Assembly (NCBI GenBank): GCA_028534125.1
Contig: CM052832.1
Span: 23,066,001 to 23,130,000 of the forward strand
Direction: 5' to 3'
DNA from: Lama glama
Lineage: Eukaryota
Length of the DNA: 64,000 nucleotides
This document shows, one piece after another, positions 35,531 through 48,203 of the stretch; the stretch's first letter is position 1, and each line of letters begins with the position of its first letter. Under the pieces are notes generated by a model that saw only the letters and a list, made by a program, of their open reading frames with translations, was not told the DNA's origin and did no database searches. The position numbers and the translations under genes were made by a program.

Positions 35531-36539
35531 TTTGTAGATGTGACTCATCCAATAAGATGAGAGAAATTATTTAATAGTAATGTGATAATTGATTCAACTT
35601 ATCATATATTTAAAGTTACTCAAAAACATGTCTTCTCTGAACAATTCTTCTATTAAGTTAAGTTTCTTCAACCCACTTCCTCTTCAGAGAAGACAAAGGA
35701 GAAACAAAAAGCAGGAAGCATTTGATAATACTCCAACTATGAAAGAATATTTTGTTTTTGTTTTTAGTGGTTTTAGTAACTGAACTGCATCTTAGGTCAA
35801 CATCCCTTTTGATATTCAGGAAGAGACAAAATAGAAGGTAGCTTTAGTATGTCATCAACATGTTTCAAGTACCACTAGTGTCCAAGCAAAACAAAGCATT
35901 TGTCATGGCATGCAAAGGAAAGGAAATAGGTAGAAGAAAGACAATAAACATTTATCCCAAGTAGATGGAATGGAAAACCATGAGAGATTCTAAAGGTAGA
36001 AATAAAAACAGAAACCAATTGAAAAATCAAAGTTAAGAACTACAGTATAGGATAGATTTGGAGTAGTCTGAAAAAATATTTTAAAGTAAAGCATTTATAA
36101 ATCAGTGTTTAAAGCCAGTGTCCATTCATTCATCCCTTTGGTCCAGACCCAATCAGATATTATCTCCAGGTGCAATATTTGACACTGAGATGAACATTAA
36201 AATTAAATATTTATTGGTGCCTTAATATTACCAGAGCCTTGTTCCAACTATGACCCAGGTTTGTTTCCTCAGGAAGTGCTATATGATGCTTAATCCTGAT
36301 CTCCCTAAAATACAAGAAATGTCATCATAGAGATCTTGTTTTCATTTCTAGTGTTAATTCTGGGAGGCTGACTGTCTTTTATATTAGTGTCTGGCCATAC
36401 CATATTCTTTAAATATTTAGGTTAATCTGGATTGTTTTCACTTTAAGGTAAATTTAACCAGTAAAACAGATAATGACTCTCTTAAACATGACACTTCAAA
36501 AATAGATATTCTATATGATCATTCATTTAAAATGCCTAA

Positions 36540-36730
36540 TACTTTCAGTCTAACTCTAGGAATTTCTACTCAGAAAATCATGGTGTAGGTGTATAAAGAC
36601 TTATTTACAAATTCCAGTATAAGTTCGCTTTCAACAGGCAAAAATGATATGAAAGCTTGTTAAATGTTCAGACAACAAGAGGCCAGATAAAGAAATTTGG
36701 ATAGAAACATTCTATGCTGTCATTAAAATC
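36540..36730 (+). mobile_element. L1ME fragment
   Basis: 'aactctaggaatttctact...taaatgttcagacaacaaga...attctatgctgtcattaaaa'. Confidence 0.5.
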
Positions 36731-37829
36731 CACTGAAGTTGTCCTTCTTTAAAGTGTCAATTTTCAGAACCAACCTGTGTAGTAATAGCTGACATCACCA
36801 GGGTAAAGAAGTTCCACAGCTCCCTTTATAGCTATGCCTTTGATTGTTTGATAATCACAAGGTGATATCCATTCTGTGTTACACATAGGGAGAGCTGAGT
36901 TGTGTGCCTGGTATTTATGACTTGAATGCTATCCTCAAATCTACTACCCACGATGGCTTGAGTTATTTTTACAATGTAAGTCCTATTGCCTTGTGCCTCC
37001 CTGAGTTTTGATCTAAGAATACCTCCCTGGCCCATGTTTCCAGGTTAAGTGAAATTGTATAATCAACTATAAAGGATCTCAGACTGGCCCATGTTTTAAA
37101 CGCTGGGGAGATATTTGGGTATATATTAATACAGGAAAAACTGCGTGTGTAACTCAAGCTGTCATAGTGAGACACCTGCTTATAAAGGGCACATATATGG
37201 AGTGGTCTTGGTGTTGTTCCAAAGGGCTGTCATCACATTATCTAGGTCGCACTACAAGCAATGTACATAGAAACTGTTCACTCCCAAGTCTGGGATATAG
37301 AAGACATTTTGATCTGAAATTGATCATAATGCTAAAAAAAATAAATAAAGTAGAATTACACATGCCACATTACTGGTTATGATCCAAAAGAGAGATAATT
37401 TTCTCTATCATGGAAAGTAACTAACAAGCCTTAGCTAAAGTTTCATTAATTATTTTGTAAGGTCAGAGGATGATTACCTTGACTGTGACTGGCTTATTTT
37501 TAAAGAACTAATTCCATCATAAACCTCTGATGCAAATTTTTGAGCCAATTAATTGGAACACAAATTTCCAGACAATCTAAATGCTGGCAGTAGTTTCACA
37601 TTTACTAAGTTTGGTTCAAGGATTCAGTTTTACCTCTTGCCACTTCTTCTCACTGAAGCAACTGGTCAAATTACGACAACAGCATAAACTAGGTGATATA
37701 CTTTAGTGAAGTACTGAAAGAAACTTGCCTAGTTCCTCTGTCACTCCATGTTTGTTACATTATTAATAAGAAGCTATTTTAAGTCTTGCCTTGACTGATT
37801 TCAATTTTATTTGGAAAAGAACAATATAG

Positions 37830-37975
37830 AAGCAGAATACCTGGATCTCAATACAACTTACTAAGTGGCCCTTGAGACTCACTTTCCCCATCTGTGAAAA
37901 TGAGATAAGGTCTGCCTCAAAGAACACTCATAAGGATTAAATGAGAATGTGCTGAATAAACCATAAAAACTACAT
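37830..37975 (+). mobile_element. MIR fragment
   Basis: 'ctcactttccccatctgtgaaaatgagataa...ctgcctca...aggattaaatgaga'. Confidence 0.75.
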
Positions 37976-38102
37976 TGATGTTCATTATTAATTCCACTTT
38001 GTCACATATCTTTTGGTAAGCATGGCATTGATGGTCAAACCTCAGCAGAACTATTATAAGCATCTCTTCTAGAACCATGTGGTCTAGTTCTGTTGCCTTC
38101 AT

Positions 38103-38566
38103 ATATCATCATTTCAGCTATTATTGCATAAAAACTACATCAAGTTTAGTAACTTAACAACCATTTTATTTGCTCAAAATGCTATGGGTCATTATTTAGA
38201 ACTAGGCTTAGGTGGGTGGTTCTGCCTATGCAATGTCAGCTGAAATAATTCCCTTGGCTGGCTTGCACTCTCTCTCTCCCCTCGCCAACCTCTCTCTATA
38301 AGTAGCTACATTGCTTTACTAGCAGCATTACGGTCTCAAGGAAATCAGACTTTCTTACATGGCAACATGCTCTCAAGAGGAAATATTCCAAAAGGGAACC
38401 ACTTATTTCTAAAGAACCACACTCAAAAGCCTCATAGAAACCCTTCCTTCATGTTCTGTTAATTAAAACCATTTAAAGGGCCAGCCTAGAATCAAGGAGA
38501 TGGGAAACACTGCCCCTTGACAAGATGTGCAGTGAAGCATTTTCAGCCATCTTTAATCCAATATAG
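38103..38566 (-). mobile_element. Old MaLR LTR (MLT1H/J-like)
   Basis: 'aacaaccattttatttgctca...gtcagctg...cttacatggca...agggccagcctagaatcaaggagatgggaaa...cagccatctttaat'. Confidence 0.7.
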
Positions 38567-39169
38567 TCAGGTCTGCTAGAGATATTGTAGTGCAATCTTG
38601 GTGTTCCTTTTGATTCAACCTCAACATTAGAAGTTATGTGTTAAAGTAATTTGGGATGAAATTGTCCCACAGTGGGCTTTGATCATCACCCCACCCTGAA
38701 AAAAAACCTCTAGTAGCATGATCATTCTTGTCTACAGATACTCTGAACAAAAATGTCTATTCTACTTGGAGAATATCACTTTCTGAGTTTCAGTTTCCAG
38801 AGATAGATGGTAATTCAGAGAGAACAGCCAAACTCAGTAAGTAAGAAGATTAGATATGGAGGATGAGGGAAGGTCGGGGGCAGGGGAAGTGTGTGGTTGT
38901 CAAGGTCAAATCCTATGTGTTTTACCTTATGCAGCAGACATAGCTAATAACTCAGATGCTACCTGGGGCCCCAATTATCTTGAAGATTTGAGTGCAATTG
39001 CCTTGAACCTCCAATTCCACAGTCTGTACAAGTCCATTGTCCTCAAAAGATTGCTGTAGTTCCTAGGAACATTCCATCCTCTGGCCTTGTTTGTATTCCC
39101 TCTCTTCTCTTGCTGTCTCTGCCGTGTTTCATGTCAACCTGGACAAGAAATTCAACCTCTCCACTGGTT

Positions 39170-39171
<2 letters not shown>

Positions 39172-39203
<32 letters not shown>

Positions 39204-39218
39204 AACACACACACACAC

Positions 39219-39249
<31 letters not shown>
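39172..39249. repeat. Interrupted (CA)n microsatellite
   Basis: Direct observation. Confidence 0.95.
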
Positions 39250-40701
39250 TTTACATCCTATACAATATTTCACAATGAAGATGAGGAAGAGTTTACATCT
39301 TAGAACAAATAGCTTTTATTGAGAATTTCAAATAACTCTTCTTAAAATATCCATTGACCTCCATGTCTATCACTATGGAATTTCACTGTCCTTTCAATTC
39401 ATCTCAATTTCTCTCAATCTTCCTCTTTTCCTTCCTGTATCCCTCTTTTTCTTCCTTCTCACTTACTTTTGCTTCAAGTTCCTCCTCTTTCTTCTTTCTT
39501 CCCTTCTTTTCCAGGGAAGAAATAACACAGTAGTCCTCTGTACTGGGAACAGATCAAATCTCTCTCCCTCTGAGGTCTTGGTGGCAAGTGATGTCCAGGT
39601 TCCTTGCTGGGACTGGGAAGCTGGAAAGGATGGTCAAGGCTTGCATCCAAACAAAACCAGTACCGTTCCCAAAAGAATCATGGTAAAGAAAAGTGTTATT
39701 ACTTTGAAACACGGAGACAAAGACCTCAGAGGGAGGATTTAAGGGAAAGGGGAGATGTCATTCATTCAGTGTAGCAACCTTGAGTGTCAAGTGCCTTTAA
39801 GACAACCAAGAGGAGAGGCAAATATGGAGGTCTAGAGTTCTAGGTTTGAGTACTAGAAATATTTAAAGGTTTGTGACATCAAATCCCAAGCAAAGGTCAC
39901 CATACTATACTCTGGCTCTTTCTTCTAACTTGGAGGGCACTGAGGATCCAAAATGCAAATACAGATAACTCTGGTGCAGAAGTAGGTGGGTTCACAAAGG
40001 TCATCATGGCATTCACTGTCTGCAGTTCCTTGAAAGAACAAAGGCTTAAAGGAGAGATGAGGTGGCAGGACATGTATTTTCTCACCAAGTTTGGAGATGT
40101 GGCTCAATTTCTGTTCCCAAAGTCAGGGGCTCCCTTCTCTCCCACTTAACCAACATTCTCAATAAAGGTCTCACTAACACTCTTAGGTCTCCATGCAGCT
40201 TCGTGGAAAGTGGCACAGACAATGACAGACTTGGTGAATTGCCCTTTACTCAGCATCACATTGCAGGAAGAAATTCTATCATTCTCTTTGTGGTGTGTTG
40301 CTTAGAGGGTGATTTTAATTAAACTGTAAAATGTCAAATATTAGTATGGAGGAGGGTCAGCCTGCAGGGAGAGGGAATGAGTCAGATTTATTATTCACTG
40401 AGCAACAAGCTGGCAGCCCTTCTCTTAGAGAAGATTATAAAAGAAAGCCAAAAGTTTGTATTATATGTAAAGCCACTGTCATTTCTCCATTTATCAAGCA
40501 AAGTAGGTCCATCAAAGCACACCATAAAACACTTAGGGCCTTACACAGTATTTGTGAAGAGGAAAGCCTGGAGAAGATTTTTCAAGCTCACATTTGGAGT
40601 CTGACAATCAATGGTAGTATTCTCTTAAATGTCATTTCTTGAGATTTTAAAACTATTTGTTTTACAAAATGAGGCAGGATATAAATAATTACAGGAGTAT
40701 T

Positions 40702-42153
40702 TCTTTCTTTCTTCCTTTATTTTTTATTGAAGTATAGTCAGTTTACAATGTTGTGTCAATTTCTGGTGTACAGCATAATGTTTCAGTCATATATAAACAT
40801 ATATATATTCATTTTCATATTCTTTTTCATTATAGGTTACTGCAAGATATTGAATACAGTTCCCTGTGCTGTACAGAAGATATCTGTTGTTTCTCTATTT
40901 TATATATAGAAGTTAGTATCTGCAAATCTCAGACTTCCAATTTATCCCTTCCCACTCCCTTTCCCCCTTGGTAACCATAAGTTTGTTTTCTGTGTCTGTG
41001 TGTCTTTCTATTTTGTAAACAAGTTTGTCCTTTTTTTTTTTTTGGATTCCACATATAAGTGATATCATATGATATTTTTCTTTCTCTTTCTGGCTTACTT
41101 CACTTACAATGACAATCTCCAGGCCCATCCATGTTGCTGCAAATGGCATTATTTTACTATTTTTTATGGCTGAGTAGTATTCTATTATATAAATATACCA
41201 CAGCTTCTTTATCCAGTCCTCTGTCAATGGACGTTTAGGTTGTTCCATGTCTTCACTATCGTAAACAGTGCTGCTGTGAACATTGGGGTGCATGTAGCTT
41301 TCTGAATTAGAGTTCCATCTGGATATATGCCCAGGAGTGGGATTGCTGGATCATACGGTAAGTCTATTGTTTAGTTTTTTGAGGAACCTCCATACTGTCC
41401 TCCATAATGGCTGCACCAAACTACACTCCCACCAACAGTGTAGGAGGGTTCCCTTTTCTCCACAGCCTCTCCTGCATTTATCATTTGTGGACTTTTGAAT
41501 GATGGCCATTCTGACTGATGTGGGGTGATATCACATGGTCGTTTTGATTTGCATTTCTCTGATAATTAGTAACATTGAGCATTTTTTCATGTGCCTACTG
41601 GCCATTTGTTTGTCTCACTGGAGAATTGATTGTTTAGGTCTCCTGCCCATTTTTAGATTGTGGGTTTTTTTATTATTAACTTGTATGAGCTGCTTAGATA
41701 TTCTGGAAATTAAGCCCTTGTCAGTCTCATCTTTTGCAAATATTTTCTCCCATTCCATAGGTTGCCCTTTTGTTTTGCTTATGGTTTCCTTTGCTGTACA
41801 AAAGCTTCTAAGTTTAATTAGGTTCCATTTGTTAAATTTTGCTTTTATTTCTATTGCCTGGGTAGGCTGCCCTAGGAGAACATTGCTAAGATTTATGTCA
41901 CAGAATGTTTTGCCTGTGTTTTCTCCTAGGAGGTTTATAGTGTCTTGTCTTATGTTTCAGTCTTTAAGCCATTTTGAGATTATTTTTGTGTGTGGTGTGA
42001 GGGCGTGTTCTAACTTCATTGATTCACATGCAGCTGTTCAGTTTTCCAAACACCATTTGCTGAAGAGACTATCATTATCCCATTGAATATTCTTGCCTCC
42101 TTTGTCAAAGATTAATTGACCAGAAGTCTGTGGGTTTATCGCTGGGCTCTCTA
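40702..42153 (-). mobile_element. Young camelid-type L1, 5'-truncated (~1.45 kb)
   Basis: Minus-strand ORF2 peptides ESPAINPQTSGQLIFDKGGKNIQW and WIKKLWYIYIIEYYSAIKN...MPFAATWMGLE; complete 3' UTR; T-rich tail at 40702-40725; degenerate TSD tacaggagtattt / tacaagaatcttt. Confidence 0.95.
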
Positions 42154-42339
42154 CTACAAGAATCTTTAAATATGAGCATTCCTTTCTCATAGACCCAAGA
42201 TTCTGGTGGGCTCCTACTTTTAAGATCTGTAGTGAAGGAAAAACCAAACCATAAGGATTTCTAAGTCTTGCTTCAGGAAGCTGCTAGTCACATTATTATT
42301 ATTTGTCCCTCCCTCTTCTAACTATATTTGCCTTAGCTT

Positions 42340-42596
42340 AGAATTCACTTCTTCCTGGAAGCTTTCTATGCCCCGAGCTGGGTGAGCTGCCCCTCCTATC
42401 TACTTTATATCACCGTGTACTTGTGCCCATCAAAGCCCCTATTACACTCTACTGTAATTACCCATTTACCTACCACTCTCCTACTACACATCCTCCTCCA
42501 AAACAAAGACCATGCTTTACCTACCACTGAATCCCCAGCACTTGGCACAGTAGCTAGCACAGGGCAATTATGCAATGTTTGTTAGATTAATTAATC
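42340..42596 (+). mobile_element. L2 3' end
   Basis: 'cacttcttcctggaagcttt...ctgaatccccagcacttggcacagtagctagcacag...aatgtttgttagattaattaa'. Confidence 0.75.
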
Positions 42597-45500
42597 ATCT
42601 TTCAGTAGCATAATCCTATTAGACCTTGACTACATCCTTGCAAAGGAGGTCAGAAAGCTGACACGGATTAACTCAGTGACCTGTGTTATTGGCTGAACCA
42701 TGGCCAGATTTCCTGATCTGTGGCCCACTGGTCTTTACACTACACTGCATCAGTATCAGTAGCACACAGAGTAATCTAGATTCCTTTCTGTTCACTTTGT
42801 CTTCTGTGCCACAAAAACACAAAGCTCAGGACTTTCAGAATCACAGAGACTCAGCACAGAAAGGGCTCTAGAGGCTTTTGTCATGGTCCAACCCCAGCCT
42901 TCCACACAAATGAGACCAATCCAGAGAAAAGTGACTAGCAACAGATCCTGGTCTAGAACTCAGGCCTATCAGTGCCTCTTCATTTGCCTACCTTTGGTAG
43001 AAAGGTATAACAGTACAATACTGGATTGATAAATGCACCTTTTTGCCAGATTTGGGCCTTCCTCCCAGGCCTATTAATGATATGCAAACAAGTGAATTTG
43101 AAAAAGAACATGATTTTCCATTCATCTTTCTGTTCTGGTTCCACATGCTGCAAATGGAAAGCATTTGGCGGGGGCTACAGAGGTGAGAAGAGATCCATGA
43201 CGTGCAGTTCTGCACCGCCGCGCAGCAGGCTTGTCAGTAATGTCTTACTTAACATACTGTCACAGAATTTTCCTTCAGTGTCACCTCAATCGCTACTGTA
43301 ACACTCCATAAGAAATAATGCCATCTGTTAAAATACACAAGGCAGGGAAACGCAGCTGCTGTCATCACACAAAGATGGAATTAACCAACACTAAGCAATT
43401 ACTTTCCTTTTAAATTTCACAATTAGAATTTTAGTCTTGCTTTATTTGTATCACAAAAGTCACCACAACACTGTGCCTGTTGAAGTAACAACACGGCTCT
43501 CTTGATGAAAACATGGAGGAGGAGGAGTTTATTTGGGCATAATGGTAATTGTTACTCCGTTGCTTTTTTTATAAATATTTTTTAAATTCCATTGGGCAGT
43601 GTTAATTATAGGTAGCAGTACTAAGACTAATGGATTTGCATATAGCATTCACACTGTGGCTCTCCTAGTACTCAATTAAAGACCAAAAAAAAAATTGCCA
43701 AGTGAGGTTTATAGCTGATGGAATGATTGTTACACTACACATTCAAGATCTCTTTTTTCTCTCCTTGGTAGTAGAGGATTTTAAAGGAGAAGGAAGGGAC
43801 CCAGCTTATCGGAGACAGGTTTCTAATTTGAACAAAGATCAAATTCTGCCTCTCAGCTCTTATTCCATTCATTGGACAGGAGCAGATTGCTGGCTGAATA
43901 ACAGAAGGGTGGACCTATTCAAAGCCTCACTGCTGAGCTAACTCTTCAAAAAGCTGTAAGAGATCAACAATTGCCTTGGCCATACTCCATTATGAGGATG
44001 TCAACAAGCTGGTGTTCCTTTCTTTGATGCATTTTTTTTTTGCATGGGAATTATACACTATATTTTCTGGGGGCAGAGAAATAGGCAAAACCTACCTTAA
44101 CTGGTTTTCTTAGGGGCAGAGTTCTCTTATACAGTGGAGCAAAATCAGTAAATGTAACAAAGGGTTAAATTGTCAGCTTTTCTCCAACTTCTGTGGCCTG
44201 AATCACCCAATGAGACCACATATCAATGATGCCACAAGTGTGGAAATATCTAAATACATGTTACTTGGTCCTCAGGAGGAAGCTGCAAATATCCACCCTT
44301 CTCATAATGCCTTTAATAACTCTTTAATGTTCAGTATAGTTTCCATCTATTTGCTTTTAATGATCTTTCACAGTTGTCTGGTTCATAAACAAATTGATCC
44401 ATATACCAGTTCATAGACAGAGAGGCTCTCACACCTCCTGATAGAAACAGTTAGTTCCACTTTAAGTTCATTCTAAATTCTGCAGTCAAGACACATCTTT
44501 ATCGCAAAGCTACCTATTAAACAGCATATACTTGGTGCTCTATCACAAATACCTTATAAAATTCGTTATTTTTTAAATCCATATTTGAGCTTGACTTCCC
44601 AAAGCCTGCAGATTCTTTCAGGGCTAAGATCATGCCTTATCTTTTCAGACGCCCCATCCGACATAACAACCCAGTGCGATCAGTAAGAAATGCTCAATGT
44701 TAATGAACTAGCAGCTTCAGACTGTAAAACTCAGGATGTTTCCACTTTGAAATTATATATATTAGCCAGTAAGTTTCTCAGTCGGGGTAGGATAGGGAAA
44801 GGGTGCCTAGCAAAATCATTCTCACAAGCAAAGTGTGTCTAAATTCATTACTCATACACATGGATTTTGCCTGGCTCTACTGCCCAAAATCTTGACAGTT
44901 ACAATGATGTCTGACATATTGTTACATGAAGAAAACTCAGTTTTATCACAGACTGCAAGCCTCCTCAGGCCCTTGAATACAAAGGACCCTATTTAGAAAG
45001 AAATTGCAATCTGTAAATGTAATTCACAATCAAGGCTCTCAAAGTCACAAAGCAGCAATGACTACATCTCTGATTACTAATTAAACCAGGCACTACCAGC
45101 ACTCCAGTAAAGACCAACCAGACCGAGGAAGCCCCCGAACCACGCCTGTCTGCATTTTACACCACAGCCACATATCCGAACAGCCTTCAGTTTTAAAAGA
45201 TGCTGTTTCTGTTTGTAGCGTGATTTGTAAAGAGAGAAATGATGATGTGCTACGCATTATACTAATCTTTTCAACTGTAGTACTATGTATAGTTTTGCAC
45301 TAATAGTATGCATTAATAATGATCTACTTTTTTGTCTTTCCTGGCCAGTGCCAGATCCAAGCCCAGTGTTAAGTCACCATGTTGAGCTCCTGTATTGAAT
45401 TATCCTTTCTTTTCTGAGCCAAGTTTAAAAGAATATACAGCAGTAATGAAAGTGCATAGTTAAGAAGCTAAAATGAAAGCAAAGATTATTTTTCCCCATG

Positions 45501-46379
45501 CAATGTACAAGAAGAGATCTTAGAGGTCTCAGAGAGGAAAATATATACACAATCTGTTCAAACCACCCAATTTCTCATTTCATCCCCTACTCGCCCATCT
45601 CCTACTAGCTCTTCATTTTTTAAAAATCCCTTGCCTTTCCTATCTTCCTACTGTTGTTCTCCTTTGGGTCCCATAGACTCACTATATATCCACACCAAGA
45701 CTCAAGTTCTCACAGACATTTAGCATAATCATTTCACATAACATATGAACATCGCTCAAAGTTGCACATGGGGGGAAAGCATATACAAACCTTTTTCCCC
45801 TTGATCCAAAGCAATAATTGGGGAAAATCCTCAAAGTGTGAATGAAATAAAATCTTTACCACTTTAGAGTTTCAATTCCCACAGATATAAGTACTTTTTT
45901 TTTTCCATTCCAACAATTTCCCTAAAAATGGACACCTTTACATAAGTGAAAAAGCAGAAAAGAATAAGCTTAAAGATGAGAGGAAGAGATTCAGACTTCA
46001 GTTGTAATTCTGCCTCTGTACCCAGGTGTGGTATGAAGTGGTAAATAAGAAACAACTTAGACTAGCTGAAGACTTTAGTGTTAGCTGGAGTCTCACCTAC
46101 TCCTACACATGAGCACATACCAGATGGTTCCATGGCAGTCAGGAGGCTTGAAATGAAGCTATCATTTAGTCTGCAGCTGGAATACACAGTTTTGCCCACT
46201 TTAAAAAGGCACTCACTTATTCAGATGGATCCCATATAAAAGGATTAGATCTCATAGGACGTGCAGTTTTACTTTCTTTAAGTTTCTAAAACATTTTAAA
46301 CGTAGTGAACAACACTCTCACCCCATCCCAGCCAACTCACTATCAAAACCAAATTTAGGTATATTCCATTTGACCGTAC

Positions 46380-46750
46380 GCATAACAAGATCACTTTAGC
46401 CAGTAGAAGATGAAGGATAAGGCAGGCAGTAGGGGATACTGGAAGACCAGTTAGGTGGAAACTGTACTAGATCAGGTGGAAGGTGGCAGTGCCTTGAATT
46501 ACAGCAGGTGGGTATGACAGCTGATTTGGTATAACAGATCCAGGTTATATATTTTGGAGGTAGAGTCAACAAACTTTCTGATGGCTGTATGAGTTGCAGA
46601 AAAAAAGAATTAAGAATGACTTTTTTGGTTTTAAGTTTCAGAGACTAAATAGATGGTGATTGACTTATCTGTCTTATTCAGTTCTTTATCTCCACAGCAC
46701 CATGCTTGGCTCAGAGAAGGCACTCGGTTGATATTTGTGAAGGAAAGAGA
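46380..46750. mobile_element. Two adjacent L2 fragments in opposite orientation
   Basis: Minus L2 'aagatcactttagc...ggaagaccagttagg...tatattttggaggtagagtcaaca', then plus L2 end 'tctttatctccacagcaccatgcttggctcagagaaggcactcggttgatatttgtgaa'. Confidence 0.7.
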
Positions 46751-46820
46751 AAGGAGGGTAAGGAAGAGGAGAGGAGAGGAGAGGGGAGGGGAGGTAAGGA
46801 GGGAGAGGAGAGAGGAGAGG
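46741..46820 (+). repeat. GA-rich tract at the L2 tail
   Basis: ggaga repeats. Confidence 0.85.
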
Positions 46821-47584
46821 ATTGCCCACACTATACCCTCATCCAAAAGACAACATCACCTTCTTTTGCAAATACCCAACTATTTAAATAGAACAATATG
46901 TGAGTTTTTACATATTCCATGTACACTCAGCATACCTTCCGTAAAAGTCAATATAATAAGTATGGTGCCTAATAATAGCTGTAAAGTATTTTGAAATTCC
47001 AAAAACTTCCTAAATAACAGAAAGAAGAATTATCCTCAATATCGATTTAGAGTCAAGCACATATTATTTCCTCCTCTACAAAATAATGCTATCCATGCTA
47101 CATGGTCCTTTCCAGGGTCAATTTTGTTTAACCCAAATATCCACTGTCTGAATATGCCTTAGAATAGTTAGTTTACTGTATCACTAAATTTAGAGGCAGA
47201 TTATTTTGAAGACTCAGTCTTCAAATTTATCACCTTAGAACTCAGGTAATAGCCAGAAATTTTTACTTTAAAATAAATCTTATTAGCTTAAATTTCAATA
47301 ATCACCTTCATTATTCCCTTACTAGAAATCACTGGAATAACCATTAACTCAAATTTTTGTCTTTTTCTTTCAATTATGCATAGAAATACAAATGTGAAAA
47401 TTTGCAGGAGTTGCTATAGCCAAAAGATACCCTATATAGGAAAAGTTTAAATTAACATTAGGACTCAAATATGACATATTTCTAAGTCTACATTTCAAAC
47501 AGCAAAACAAATAATGGTTTCATGTTGCAAGTAATAAAGAGGGTTAAATAATATGTAGGGTGAACCTGAAAAGTCAAGCCAGTC

Positions 47585-48203
47585 TTTTTTTTTTTTTTTG
47601 AGTAAAGGAAGATTTATTTAGAGATACATACTGCATAGAGTGTAGGCTGTTTCAAAAGACAAGAGAAAGGCCATGAGGTGTGGGGGTTGTGTGCTCAGGT
47701 TAAAGTAAAAGTAGGTACACACTCCATAGAGTGTGGGCCTTCTCCAAAGAGGAGGGAGCAAGAGAGGCGGCCATGAGGTGTGGTGTTGCCAGTTTTTATG
47801 GGCTCTGTAGCTTCATATGCTAACAAGTGGGAGGACCATTCCAAGTACCCTGGGGACGGGGCTGGGATTCCCAGAAATTTGGCCACTGCCCACTCTTTGA
47901 CCTTTTATGATTAGCTTTGGAGCTGTCATGGTGCCTGTGGGAGTGTCATTTACCATGTTAATATTACAATGCACATATAATGAAGCTCAAGGTCTACTAG
48001 AAGTCAAATCTCCCACCATCTTGAGCCTCAAAGCCTACTGGGAGTTGAATCCTCCACTGTTTTGATGTTAACTGCTGTCATTCCCTGAATGGCTGTGCCC
48101 TGCCCACTTCTCTCCTGTTTCATTCCCCACTCAGAGATTTTACTCCTATAATCTTATGGGGGTGTAGAGGGGCAATGGTCTGTCTTCTGAAATTACTTTC
48201 AGG
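47585..48203 (-). mobile_element. ERV1-like 3' fragment (internal stub, PPT, U3-R, poly(A)); probable processed retrocopy
   Basis: On the minus strand: PPT-like GAGTGGGGAA abutting TGAAACAGG (LTR start 48122), CATAAAAA near 47795, AATAAA at 47613-47618 and A15 at 47585-47599. Flanking direct repeats at 47570-47586 and 48204-48220. Confidence 0.8.

Noticed and set aside
41535..42086. 183-aa hydrophobic ORF
   Set aside because: Antisense reading of L1 ORF2.
47431..47440. Palindromic CArG box CCTATATAGG
   Set aside because: Isolated in AT-rich sequence with no companion motifs; expected by chance.
47554..48122. Ordinary solo LTR with TG...CA termini
   Set aside because: The PPT and internal stub, poly(A) right after AATAAA and the 17-bp flanking repeat fit a retrocopy better; no short TSD flanks these limits.
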